The notes below the pieces were generated by a model that was not told the origin of the DNA, did not search any database, and worked only from the letters and a program-made list of their open reading frames with translations. This document shows, one piece after another, positions 9,058-18,764 of a stretch of 64,000 bases of DNA. The translations under genes were made by a program, and so were the position numbers. The DNA lies in the NCBI GenBank assembly GCA_913020435.1, contig CAJVZZ010000001.1, positions 108,105 to 172,104 of the forward strand, given 5' to 3'. Each line of letters starts with the position of its first letter. The stretch's first letter is position 1. This stretch comes from an uncultured Flavobacteriales bacterium (lineage in GTDB: Bacteria > Bacteroidota > Bacteroidia > Flavobacteriales_G > Salibacteraceae).

Positions 9058-12000
9058 TTAAAATTTGAAATTAGTACCTAACATAAATGTTCTTGCTTGA
9101 GGATAAAAGCCATAATCAACTCCTGCTGATAAAGCTCCACCTGCTGAACCAAATTCCGGATCAAAACCTCTATAACCTGTTATTGTAAATACGTTGTTAA
9201 CAGATCCATAGACTCTAATTGATCTCATTTTTATTTTTTTGACAAATTTCGAGTTGAAGGTATAACCCACTTGAATATTTCTAAGTCTTACAAAGTTCCC
9301 TGATTCAACATAATAATCTGAAAATTCTGAATTTCTATTAGCTTCTGAGGTAACTCTAGGGACTTCGTCAGAAGTACCATCGCCAACCCAACGATCTATA
9401 ACATACGCTTGCTGATTTGCATAGGGTTGAAGCCTTTCATAATTTCGAATGATTTGTTGACCAATAGCAGAATATATGTTTGCAGAAGCGTCAAAGTTTT
9501 TATAGGTAGCATTTAAGCTTAAGCCAAACGTGAAATCTGGGATAGGTGATCCTAATTCTTTTTTATCAGTATCATCATTAAAGTTAATTACACCATCTCC
9601 ATTTTGATCGACATAAATCAAATCACCAGGTTTTGCATCTGGTTGAACTACTGCTGCATTGTCAATTTGTGCTTGATTCTGAAAAATACCATCTGTTTCT
9701 AGTCCGTGGAAGTACCCAATTGCAAATCCTTCTTGAAAACGAGTTGCTACGTTTCCTCCAACACCAAACTCGGCGCCAGGAATAAATTCAACACCATCGG
9801 GAACTTTAGTTACTTTATTACTGAGTAAGGTAGTGTTGAATTGTCCTCCTATTATAAAATCGTTCATTCTATCTGTAGTGTAACCAATTTCTAATTCAAT
9901 TCCTCTGTTAGAAACATCTCCAGCATTAATGAATGGAGGCTGACCGCCTGGACCGTATGAACCTAAAACAGCAGATACATCAGGTTGGAATAGTAAATCC
10001 TGAGTGTTTTTCATAAAGAAGTTTGTAGTAACATCCCACTTTTCCCATAGCTCTAAATCAAATCCAATATTCAACTGGCGAGTAGTTTCCCATCTTAAAT
10101 CTGGATTACCAGCTCTACCTATAGCCACTCCTTGGGTAATAATATCATCAAAGACGTAAACACCTTCTCCATTGAGATCAGCTCTATATGCAAAATTTTG
10201 AATTTGATCGTTTCCTGCAATACCAAAACTTGTTCTCATTTTTCCGAATGTAATAATGTTAGAACCAAAGAACGATTCATCTGAGAAAATCCAAGCACCA
10301 CTTACCGCAGGGAAGGTGCCGTATTTATTGTTGGGACCAAATTTTGTTGAACCATCCCTCCTTACTATAACAGAAACGAGATATCTATGATCATAACCGT
10401 ATTCTAATCTCAAGAAAGTTGATAGTAAACGTTCTTCATATTGAAAAGAACCCGTATTATTTAAAAGCCCCCCATCTGCTTGATTAGCAGAAATATCCGC
10501 AAAATCTAGAGAATTACCTGGAATATTAAATGCAGATCCGCTTAATTGATCTCCAGTTCTTTTGAAAATTGAAGCACCGGCTGTACCTTTAATTTGATGT
10601 TTCTTCTTAAATGTTCTGTCATAATTTAAAAAGGACTCTCCTGAGAGATCTACATAGGTAGTTTTTGCCTCATAAACACTTGCACCTCTTTCAATAAAAG
10701 TGCTGTCACCAATTTCGACCATCGTAGGATCTAAATTTGCATTAAGGGCCGTGTTCTGCGCTTTTCCAGGGCCATACCAAGTAAGTGGAGAGAAACTTTT
10801 TGCATCAACTAATGCGAAATTGTAATTGAATCTATTGGTAAACGTGAAGTGCTTATTGATTTTGAATGCAATTTCTTCTTTACCAACGAATTTGTTTACG
10901 ACAGCTTGATTGTATGTATTCTCCATTTGGGCAATTGGATTAATCACATCACTTACTTCTTCTAAATAGGAATAATTTCCGTTAGGAGTTTGAACAGGCT
11001 TTGTAGGCGAGGCATTGATAGTATTGTATAGCACAGAACCAATTCCGTTCTCAGGTAGAGTTTTTCTTTTTTCTTGGGTATATAGGAAAATGCTTGTAAG
11101 TTTAAACTTGTCATTGAGTTGAGTCACAAAATTTAAACGAGCATTGTAGCGTTCAAAATTTGATTTTTTACCTCCTATAATACCATCTTGGTTAAAGTAT
11201 GATCCCCCTACAGAAAAAGAGTTCTTTTTTGAGCCACCAGTGATAGAAATGTTGTGACTGTGCATCATGGCAGTTTGAAAAACTTCATCTTGCCAATTGG
11301 TCCCTCCACCAAGAGCGGTGTTATTAAAAGGAAGATCTTCACCTGCACTACCAAATATTTCGTTTTTGATTACGGCATATTCTTCAGCATTCAAAAGATT
11401 GAGTTTTCTTGCTGTTTGTTGAATTCCAGCATAAGAGTTAATTTCTATTTTGGTAGGGGAGTTGATTGTTCCTTTTTTGGTTTCGATAATTATTACACCA
11501 TTTGCTGCTCGAACTCCATATATACTAGCTGTTGCATCCTTTAAAATGTTTATTGACTCAATATCAGCTGGATTCAATGAATTTAATCCTTCCGAATCGT
11601 AAACAATACCGTCAACTAAAATTAGAGGATCGTTATCTCCAAAAGTAGAGAGTCCTCTGATTCTAATACTAGATGAGCCTCCCGGAGATCCTGAATTGGT
11701 ATTTATGTTAACTCCAGACACTTGACCTTGAAGAGCCTGGTCCATTCTAGGAATGTTTAATTTTTCCAGAGCGGCTCCTTCTACCTTAGCAGTAGCACCT
11801 GTAACTTCTTTTTTTGTTGTTGTGCCATATCCTACAACCACGACCTCTTCCAGAACACTGGCACTTGCTGCAAAATCAATATTAACTTCTAATCTCCCAG
11901 CAACTGGAACTTCTTGAGTCTCAAAACCAAGAAATGAAAACACAAGAACCGCTGTGTTGGCATCACTAACGGACATTTGAAAATTTCCATCTATATCTGT

Positions 12001-12186
12001 TGTTACTCCATTAGATGTACCTTTTTCTATCACTGTTGCACCAGGGACTGTTTCTCCTGTATCGTCTTTAACTTTTCCTTTAATTTTCGTATTTTGAGCT
12101 AGGGCTGGAATACTCATTAGTGCAACACTCAAGCATATTAGAGCGTATGATTTGAAAGCCTTCTTTAAAGATTTTGTTAACGACAT
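9058..12186 (-). CDS. susC: SusC/RagA family TonB-dependent outer-membrane transporter
   Basis: N-terminal carboxypeptidase-regulatory-like domain (KIKGKVKDDTGETVPGATVIEKGTSNGVTTDIDGNFQM). A VVVGYG TonB-box/plug region, a long beta-barrel and a C-terminal F follow. Start placed at ATG 12184-12186 (MSLTKSLKK). Confidence 0.9.
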   Translation of the reverse strand: MSLTKSLKKAFKSYALICLSVALMSIPALAQNTKIKGKVKDDTGETVPGATVIEKGTSNGVTTDIDGNFQMSVSDANTAVLVFSFLGFETQEVPVAGRLEVNIDFAASASVLEEVVVVGYGTTTKKEVTGATAKVEGAALEKLNIPRMDQALQGQVSGVNINTNSGSPGGSSSIRIRGLSTFGDNDPLILVDGIVYDSEGLNSLNPADIESINILKDATASIYGVRAANGVIIIETKKGTINSPTKIEINSYAGIQQTARKLNLLNAEEYAVIKNEIFGSAGEDLPFNNTALGGGTNWQDEVFQTAMMHSHNISITGGSKKNSFSVGGSYFNQDGIIGGKKSNFERYNARLNFVTQLNDKFKLTSIFLYTQEKRKTLPENGIGSVLYNTINASPTKPVQTPNGNYSYLEEVSDVINPIAQMENTYNQAVVNKFVGKEEIAFKINKHFTFTNRFNYNFALVDAKSFSPLTWYGPGKAQNTALNANLDPTMVEIGDSTFIERGASVYEAKTTYVDLSGESFLNYDRTFKKKHQIKGTAGASIFKRTGDQLSGSAFNIPGNSLDFADISANQADGGLLNNTGSFQYEERLLSTFLRLEYGYDHRYLVSVIVRRDGSTKFGPNNKYGTFPAVSGAWIFSDESFFGSNIITFGKMRTSFGIAGNDQIQNFAYRADLNGEGVYVFDDIITQGVAIGRAGNPDLRWETTRQLNIGFDLELWEKWDVTTNFFMKNTQDLLFQPDVSAVLGSYGPGGQPPFINAGDVSNRGIELEIGYTTDRMNDFIIGGQFNTTLLSNKVTKVPDGVEFIPGAEFGVGGNVATRFQEGFAIGYFHGLETDGIFQNQAQIDNAAVVQPDAKPGDLIYVDQNGDGVINFNDDTDKKELGSPIPDFTFGLSLNATYKNFDASANIYSAIGQQIIRNYERLQPYANQQAYVIDRWVGDGTSDEVPRVTSEANRNSEFSDYYVESGNFVRLRNIQVGYTFNSKFVKKIKMRSIRVYGSVNNVFTITGYRGFDPEFGSAGGALSAGVDYGFYPQARTFMLGTNFKF

Positions 12187-12402
12187 AGTTATAGTTATTT
12201 GTACCATTACTCTTGCAATGTTAATTTATTTTAACGGTTTTTCAAAAGAAAATAATCTTCAAATCATATAATAATGCTTTTTTTCAATATATATTCCTTG
12301 ATAAAAGGTTCAGAAAGCTCATGAATATCTTACTAATATTGAATTAATTTGCAAAAATATTTTAATATAAATTCTTTCTAACTTTTGAAAGATTCAGTTA
12401 TT

Positions 12403-13155
12403 ATGGCAGAAAAAAAAGAGAATTCTTTAGAAAAAGTTCTAGGACATCAGTTTAGTGCATTTTATAAAATTCCTCTCGACAAGTTTTTTCAGTTTGCTTT
12501 ATCTGTTGATTGCGTTATCCTAGGATATGTCGAAGATACTCTAAAACTGCTGGTCATTGAAAGGGGCGCTGAACCTCACAAGGGAAAAATGGCACTTCCC
12601 GGTGATTTAGTTTATCCAAGTGAAGACATGGATCTAGCTGCGAGTAGAGTTTTAAATGAACTAACTAACCTTGAGGAAGTTAATATGACCCAATTTCACA
12701 GCTACGGTCAAGTGGATAGGCACCCTGTAGGCAGAGTAATTACTGTTGGGTATTATTCGTTAATCAGTGTAGATCAATATGATCCATTGGCTAATTCATG
12801 GGCTGATAATGTTTCGTGGTTAGACGTGAAAAGCTTACCGAAATTGGCTTTTGATCATAATGAAATTGTAGATGAAGCTCTCCGAGCCTTAAAGCAAAGA
12901 GTTAGACTTCAACCAATTGGATTTAAGTTACTGCCTAAGGAATTTACATTGGGACAGATGCAAGATTTGTACGAAACAATTCTGGATGTAGCTTTTGATA
13001 AGGCAAATTTTCGGAAGAAAATTTTAGGAATGAATTTATTAAAAGACTCTGGTAAACTCCAGATTGATGTACCCCACAGGCCGGGTAGACTATATTCCTT
13101 TAATAAGTCTGCCTACGAGTCTTTACTGCAAACTGGTTACACCTTTGAGTTATAG
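12403..13155 (+). CDS. NrtR/AraR-like transcriptional regulator (degenerate Nudix domain plus C-terminal winged helix)
   Basis: The Nudix-box region GDLVYPSEDMDLAASRVLNELTNL keeps the G and R but lacks the catalytic REUxEE glutamates. The C-terminal half looks like a winged helix (FTLGQMQDLYETILDVAFDKANFRKKI). It lies between the two divergent PUL arms. Start at ATG 12403. Confidence 0.65.
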   Translation: MAEKKENSLEKVLGHQFSAFYKIPLDKFFQFALSVDCVILGYVEDTLKLLVIERGAEPHKGKMALPGDLVYPSEDMDLAASRVLNELTNLEEVNMTQFHSYGQVDRHPVGRVITVGYYSLISVDQYDPLANSWADNVSWLDVKSLPKLAFDHNEIVDEALRALKQRVRLQPIGFKLLPKEFTLGQMQDLYETILDVAFDKANFRKKILGMNLLKDSGKLQIDVPHRPGRLYSFNKSAYESLLQTGYTFEL

Positions 13156-13226
13156 TAGCTAGCGTTTTTTTAAAATCAGTTAAGTGTTTGGTATAGGTCG
13201 AGTTGTCAATTCAACCTAATTGTCTA

Positions 13227-13250
13227 TATTAGGATATCATTATCCTTATA
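13227..13250. promoter_or_regulatory. Imperfect palindrome, candidate operator upstream of zwf
   Basis: TATTAGGATA-TCAT-TATCCTTATA. The AGGATA (13231-13236) and TATCCT (13241-13246) half sites are perfect inverted repeats. The site lies 24 nt upstream of a -7-type promoter box. Confidence 0.3.
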
Positions 13251-13273
13251 GTAAAATAAACCATAAGTATTTT

Positions 13274-13281
13274 TATATTTG
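13274..13281 (+). promoter_or_regulatory. Bacteroidetes-type -7 promoter box (TAnnTTTG) for the zwf operon
   Basis: TATATTTG is an exact match to TAnnTTTG and ends 18 nt before the GTG start at 13300. Chance matches are common in AT-rich DNA. Confidence 0.3.
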
Positions 13282-13299
13282 ATTTTTTAAAAGCAAAAA

Positions 13300-14772
13300 G
13301 TGACTGAAGAATTTGAACTTATAATTTTTGGTGGAGACGGAGATTTATCATATCGAAAAATCTATCCAGCATTATATCACAGACTGAACGAAGGACAGAT
13401 TTCGAAAAATGTAAGAATTCTTGCTGTTTCTAGAAAACCTTACGAGATAGAAGATTTTCGTCAGAAAGTTAAGTCTGAGATATTGTCTTACGTGAAGGAT
13501 GCTAATATTAAAATTGTTGATCAATTGATTAGCTTGATTTCTAATGGGCGTATTGATACCAATAAGGGTGAAGAATGTGCAGTTACGAAAAGCTGGTTTT
13601 TAGAATCGACTGACTACGTAAGAGTGTTTTATCTAGCTACTCCTGCAGTGGTTTTTGGTTCAATATCAAAGTATCTGGATAAAATGCAGTATATAACTGC
13701 AAAGTCTAGGGTAGTATTGGAAAAACCTCTTGGAAAAAACTTAGAAAGTTCGGAGCAGATAAATGATGAGGTAGCAAAGTATTTTAAAGAAGAACAGATT
13801 TATAGAATTGATCATTATCTTGGAAAAGAGACTGTTCAAAATTTAATGGTCCTTCGATTTGCAAATAACATTTTTGAAAGTTCTTGGAACGCCAAGGATA
13901 TTGATAATGTGCAGATTACAGTGGCAGAATCAATTGGCGTAGGAACTAGGGGAGCTTTTTATGATCAATATGGCGCTTTGCGTGATATGGTTCAAAATCA
14001 TTTGTTGCAACTGCTTTGTTTGATTGCAATGGAGCCTCCAGTTAATTTGGAAGCTGACGAAGTTCGTGATGAAAAATTAAAAGTGCTGAAAGCACTCCGA
14101 TTTTATACTCCGGAAACAATTAATGAAAATACTGTCAGAGGTCAATACACCAGGGGTGGATCAGATACCGATCCATTGCCATCATACTTAGAAGATATTG
14201 AAAAGTTCAGTTCAAAGACTGAAACTTTCGTTGCTTTGAAGGCGAATATTGATAATTGGCGCTGGGGCGGTGTTCCTTTTTATTTGAGGACAGGTAAAAG
14301 AATGCCACATCGGTATTCGGAGATTATTATCAACTTCAAAAAAGTGCCGCATAATATTTTTCCAGATAAAAAAAATGTTGAAAGTAACCGGTTAACAGTG
14401 CGTCTTCAGCCTGATGAGAAAATCGAATTGCTTCAGATGGTTAAAGTTCCAGGTCCAGGAGGGTATCGTTATAAGCCATATGCGCTTGAACTGGATTATG
14501 CGGATCATTTTGAACATAGGTTTCCAGAGGCTTATGAGCGCCTACTTATGGATGTAGTGCGGGGAAATCAAACCTTATTTATGAGACGGGATGAAGTAAA
14601 GGCATCTTGGGAATGGATTGAATCCATTACTAAAAACTGGGAAACCAATAACGTATCTAATGTATTGTATGAAGCTGACTCTTGGGGGCCAGGCGGTGAT
14701 ATATTAGAGGAAGACCATAAGTGGGCAAAATCGCATCATGTAAAGAGGCTAGAAGAAAAACAAAAAGGATAA
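13300..14772 (+). CDS. zwf: Glucose-6-phosphate 1-dehydrogenase
   Basis: Signature RIDHYLGKE, an N-terminal dinucleotide-binding region (IIFGGDGDLSYRKIYPAL) and typical length (490 aa). GTG start. Confidence 0.9.
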   Translation: MTEEFELIIFGGDGDLSYRKIYPALYHRLNEGQISKNVRILAVSRKPYEIEDFRQKVKSEILSYVKDANIKIVDQLISLISNGRIDTNKGEECAVTKSWFLESTDYVRVFYLATPAVVFGSISKYLDKMQYITAKSRVVLEKPLGKNLESSEQINDEVAKYFKEEQIYRIDHYLGKETVQNLMVLRFANNIFESSWNAKDIDNVQITVAESIGVGTRGAFYDQYGALRDMVQNHLLQLLCLIAMEPPVNLEADEVRDEKLKVLKALRFYTPETINENTVRGQYTRGGSDTDPLPSYLEDIEKFSSKTETFVALKANIDNWRWGGVPFYLRTGKRMPHRYSEIIINFKKVPHNIFPDKKNVESNRLTVRLQPDEKIELLQMVKVPGPGGYRYKPYALELDYADHFEHRFPEAYERLLMDVVRGNQTLFMRRDEVKASWEWIESITKNWETNNVSNVLYEADSWGPGGDILEEDHKWAKSHHVKRLEEKQKG

Positions 14773-15464
14773 TGTTAGATAGCGCTAATTACAATAGAGA
14801 AATAGTTGATTCTGAATTACAAGTCTCAATAATTGCGGCTTTGAAGGATGAAATTCGTGCATTTGGTTCGGCTTCTTTATTGGTCTCAGGTGGTTCAACT
14901 CCAAAAAGATTATTTGACCTTTTATCCAACGAGAAATTAGAGTGGGATAAGGTTACACTTTCGCTAGTAGACGAACGATTTCTTCCAAATGGACATACAG
15001 ATCAAAATGGAGAGCTGATAAAGGAACACCTGTTGAAAAATGAAGCGATTAAAGCTAATTTTATCCCTCTCGTATTTGACCCGGCTGATGCAGAAAACAA
15101 CTTAAAGATGGCTGTTAAAGCTTTTGAAAATGTAAGTAGGCCTTTTACTGTTGTAGTTTTAGGGCTGGGTAAAGATGGTCATACAGCATCTCTTTTCCCA
15201 GATTCGCCGATGCTAGATAAGGCTATGGATAAAAACTCTTCAGAAATTCTACTAAACGTAACAACACCGAGTTCACCATATTCTAGAATTACTTTTAGCC
15301 GAAAAGTATTATTAGATGCGAAGAATTTATTTCTGCACTATTATGGCGTAGAGAAAAAAGAAATATTGGACAGTGTTTTAGATTGTACTAATCAAGAAAA
15401 ATACCCAATTTCAGGTTTTGTAAATCAACAAGAAAATATCCTGAAAGTTTATTGGGCAATGTAA
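14772..15464 (+). CDS. pgl: 6-phosphogluconolactonase
   Basis: SGGSTP and GLGKDGHTASLFP motifs. The ATG overlaps the zwf stop (TAATG). Confidence 0.85.
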   Translation: MLDSANYNREIVDSELQVSIIAALKDEIRAFGSASLLVSGGSTPKRLFDLLSNEKLEWDKVTLSLVDERFLPNGHTDQNGELIKEHLLKNEAIKANFIPLVFDPADAENNLKMAVKAFENVSRPFTVVVLGLGKDGHTASLFPDSPMLDKAMDKNSSEILLNVTTPSSPYSRITFSRKVLLDAKNLFLHYYGVEKKEILDSVLDCTNQEKYPISGFVNQQENILKVYWAM

Positions 15465-15467
15465 ATT

Positions 15468-17270
15468 ATGAACGAAACTATAAAGCAAATTACCGAGCGA
15501 ATTAGAGAACGTTCAGCGAAATCAAGAGCAGAATATATGAACTTGATGGAGAATAGCGCGCAAAATTCTGTTACTAGAAGTGGATTGGCATGTGGCAATC
15601 TTGCTCATGCATTTGCGGCTTGTAATGATGATGATAAAATGGATTTGAGTGAAAATATCTCTTGCAATTTTGCTATTATCACTTCCTATAATGATATGCT
15701 AAGTGCGCACAAGACTTATGAGGATTACCCGATCAAATTAAAGGCCTATGCTAATAAATATGGTTCTGTTGCTCAAGTAGCATCAGGAGTTCCTGCCATG
15801 TGTGATGGTGTTACACAAGGACAGGCTGGAATGGAGTTGTCATTATTTAGTAGAGATATAATTGCTTTGTCAACTGCAATAGGACTTTCCCACCAAATGT
15901 TCGACGGAGGCATGTGCTTAGGTATCTGCGATAAAATAGTTCCTGGAATGCTAATAGGGTCTTTAAGGTTTGGTCATTTGCCATTTGCATTTATACCCGG
16001 TGGTCCAATGGAATCTGGAATAACCAATGAAGAAAAAGCTCTTGCAAGAACAGAATATGCTGAAGGTAAAATTGGAAGAAAAGAGCTGTTAGCATCAGAA
16101 TCAGCATCTTATCACTCTGCTGGAACGTGCACATTCTATGGAACTGCTAACAGCAATCAAATGCTAATGGAAATTATGGGCATTCATTTGCCAGGTTCTT
16201 CATTCGTTAATCCAGGAACTCCTCTTCGAGACGCATTGAATGAATTTGCGGTAAAGCGACTTTCCCAAATAACTCATCAATCAAAAGAATATACTCCCCT
16301 TCACAAAGTTGTATCAGAGGAATGTATTGTTAATGCATTAGTCGGATTGGTTGCAACTGGAGGTTCAACGAATCATACGATACATCTTGTTGCAATTGCT
16401 AGAGCTGCAGGAATCATTATAGACTGGAATGATTTTAATGACGTTTCTGAGGTTGTACCCTCCATAACAAGAGTTTATCCAAATGGTTCTGCAGATATCA
16501 ATCATTTTCAAGCATGTGGAGGAATGGGATTCCTTATGAAAACACTTATAGATGGTGGGTATTTAAATGAAAATGTGAGTACTCTGATGGGACGCGGACT
16601 GGACCATTACACTAAGGAACCATTTTTAAATAACGGAAAGTTGGAATGGAGAGCTGCACCTGCTGAGTCGCTTGATGAAACAGTTTTAAGAGGTACTTCA
16701 AATCCATTTGCACCTAATGGTGGAATGAGATTACTAGAAGGGAATTTAGGAAGAGCAGTAATAAAAATTTCTGCAGTAAAAGAACAGCATCAAATTGTGC
16801 AAGCAGAAGCGGAGGTTTTCGAAGATCAAGATGATGTTCTTGTCGCTTTTACTGAGAAAAAACTAAATAAGGATGTTGTGGTCGTTGTGCGAAATCAGTC
16901 TGCTACTGAAAATGGAATGCCTGAACTTCATAAGCTGACTCCAACTCTGAGTATACTGCAACAAAATGGATTTAAAGTTGCTTTGGTGACAGACGGAAGA
17001 ATGTCTGGAGCGTCAGGTAAAGTTCCTGCAGCAATTCATCTTTCTTCAAAGAATGGCAGTAATGCCTTAATTAATAAGTTACAATCTGGTGATCCTATTC
17101 TTCTAAACGCTAAGACCGGTGTTTTGAGTTGTTTGAATGCCGATGAAGTTATTTTAAGAGAAAATTCGGCACAACCTCCAGGTGATGGTCAAGGTGTTGG
17201 TCGTGAGTTGTTCGAACGTCTAAGGCCGCTAGTTTCGGAAAGTGAAAATGGAGCTTCATTTATTATTTAA
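15468..17270 (+). CDS. edd: Phosphogluconate dehydratase (Entner-Doudoroff dehydratase)
   Basis: Collinear by eye with E. coli Edd as I remember it ([81 protein letters not shown]). 600 aa. Confidence 0.92.
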   Translation: MNETIKQITERIRERSAKSRAEYMNLMENSAQNSVTRSGLACGNLAHAFAACNDDDKMDLSENISCNFAIITSYNDMLSAHKTYEDYPIKLKAYANKYGSVAQVASGVPAMCDGVTQGQAGMELSLFSRDIIALSTAIGLSHQMFDGGMCLGICDKIVPGMLIGSLRFGHLPFAFIPGGPMESGITNEEKALARTEYAEGKIGRKELLASESASYHSAGTCTFYGTANSNQMLMEIMGIHLPGSSFVNPGTPLRDALNEFAVKRLSQITHQSKEYTPLHKVVSEECIVNALVGLVATGGSTNHTIHLVAIARAAGIIIDWNDFNDVSEVVPSITRVYPNGSADINHFQACGGMGFLMKTLIDGGYLNENVSTLMGRGLDHYTKEPFLNNGKLEWRAAPAESLDETVLRGTSNPFAPNGGMRLLEGNLGRAVIKISAVKEQHQIVQAEAEVFEDQDDVLVAFTEKKLNKDVVVVVRNQSATENGMPELHKLTPTLSILQQNGFKVALVTDGRMSGASGKVPAAIHLSSKNGSNALINKLQSGDPILLNAKTGVLSCLNADEVILRENSAQPPGDGQGVGRELFERLRPLVSESENGASFII

Positions 17271-17857
17271 TGGATAAAATGAAGAATAATATTAGAGAAA
17301 TATTAGTACTGAATCCGTTGGTTCCTGTAGTCACATTTCATGAGAATGATGACCCTCTTGCATTCATGGAGTTCTTGCTCAAGCAAAATGTTAATTGTAT
17401 TGAAATTACACTAAGAACTAACAGTGGATTATCTGCAATTGAAAGTATAAAAAAGGAATTTGACACCGTAAAAGTTGGAGCAGGAACAGTTATAAATGGG
17501 GATCAAGTAAAAATATTGCGTGATTTAGGCGCAGACTTTATGGTTAGTCCAGGTACTACTAAAAAGTTGATAAAAGAATTTATTAATTCAGAGGTTCCAT
17601 TTATAAATGGAGTTAGTACTGCAAGCGAAATCATTTTAGCAAAAGAGTTAGGCCTAAATACGCTAAAGTTTTTCCCAGCTCATTTATATGGTGGGATAGA
17701 CGCAATAAAAATGTTTGGGCAACTATTTCCTGACGTGAAATTTTGTCCAACAGGTGGAATTAATGAACAAAGCAGCAAAGAATATCTGGAGCAATCCAAC
17801 GTCATTGCTGTTGGTGGGTCATGGTTTCAAAAAGAGTACAAGAATCTAAGAAAATAA
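17270..17857 (+). CDS. eda: 2-keto-3-deoxy-6-phosphogluconate (KDPG) aldolase
   Basis: IEITLRT and LKFFPA (Schiff-base lysine region) motifs. The ATG overlaps the edd stop. Confidence 0.85.
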   Translation: MDKMKNNIREILVLNPLVPVVTFHENDDPLAFMEFLLKQNVNCIEITLRTNSGLSAIESIKKEFDTVKVGAGTVINGDQVKILRDLGADFMVSPGTTKKLIKEFINSEVPFINGVSTASEIILAKELGLNTLKFFPAHLYGGIDAIKMFGQLFPDVKFCPTGGINEQSSKEYLEQSNVIAVGGSWFQKEYKNLRK

Positions 17858-17870
17858 AAAGAATAAAATT

Positions 17871-18764
17871 ATGATTGCAATCGCTGAAAGCGGATCTACT
17901 AAATGCGAATGGGTAATAATTGATGAAAGTTCAATTGAAGTTGCCAGAATTCGCACACAAGGTTTTAACCCTTACTTTCATTCAAGTGAGTTAGTCAAAA
18001 CCAAACTTTTAGGAACTGATGAATTTTCATCGTTTCTTTCTAAAATGAAAGAAGTATATTTTTATGGTGCAGGTTGTTCTAGTTCAGAATTGAATGAAAT
18101 TATTAAAGTAGGATTAAAGGGAGCTTTTCCCAATGCCAAAATATATGTAGATCATGATCTACTAGCTAGTGCATATTCTCTTTATGAAGGTAAGCCTCTG
18201 GTATCTTGTATTTTAGGCACAGGTTCTAATTCATGTTATTACAATGGAGTTGAACTGAAGCAAGTAAATCCTGCTCTTGGGTTTATTTTGGGAGATGAAG
18301 GTGGTGGGGCTTATTTTGGAAAAAAATTACTCAATGATTTCTTCTACAAAAAATTGCCCTTAGAGATTTACGAAGACTTTAATAAGACCTTCAATCTAGA
18401 TTGGGAGGCGGCTAGAAAAAACATCTATTCAAACATTTTTGCGAATGTTTATCTCGCTTCTTTTATGCCATTTATTGCCAAGCACAAGGATAATTACTAC
18501 GTTAAGGAGATGATTAAGCAGGGCTTTGCAAGGTTTATTGATGTACACGTAATGAGTTACCCTGTTTCTAAAGATGTTCAAATAGGTTTCGTAGGTTCAA
18601 TAGCTTCAATTTTTCAAGATATTCTCGAAAAAGAATTGGTGAAAAGAGAACTTGAATTGTATAAAATTGTTCGAAGTCCCATCGATGAATTAGTTAATTA
18701 TCATGTTAAACAATTTAAGTCGAAAATTAGTTCGAATAAAAATAATTCAGTACAGGTTAACTAA
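17871..18764 (+). CDS. BadF/BadG/BcrA/BcrD-type sugar kinase (putative glucokinase / N-acetylglucosamine-kinase-like)
   Basis: N-terminal IAESGSTKCEW and GTGSNS motifs of the ASKHA/BadF-type kinases that are usually annotated as N-acetylglucosamine kinase in Bacteroidetes. The context suggests glucose phosphorylation. Confidence 0.6.
   Translation: MIAIAESGSTKCEWVIIDESSIEVARIRTQGFNPYFHSSELVKTKLLGTDEFSSFLSKMKEVYFYGAGCSSSELNEIIKVGLKGAFPNAKIYVDHDLLASAYSLYEGKPLVSCILGTGSNSCYYNGVELKQVNPALGFILGDEGGGAYFGKKLLNDFFYKKLPLEIYEDFNKTFNLDWEAARKNIYSNIFANVYLASFMPFIAKHKDNYYVKEMIKQGFARFIDVHVMSYPVSKDVQIGFVGSIASIFQDILEKELVKRELELYKIVRSPIDELVNYHVKQFKSKISSNKNNSVQVN

Noticed and set aside
12187-12402. Promoter and operator motifs in the susC-regulator divergent intergenic region. 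Near-matches were TAATTTG, TAACTTTTG, CAAATCATA and an AATAT-N7-ATATT inverted repeat.
   Set aside because: All are off by one nucleotide from the TAnnTTTG consensus or are very short AT-only repeats. No copy of the AGGATA-N4-TATCCT palindrome is present, so I make no call.
14721-14771. A 17-codon N-terminal extension of pgl overlapping the 3' end of zwf (MGKIASCKEARRKTKRI).
   Set aside because: The extension lies entirely within zwf coding sequence. The ATG at 14772 forms a TAATG stop/start overlap like the other junctions in this operon and gives a normal-length lactonase.
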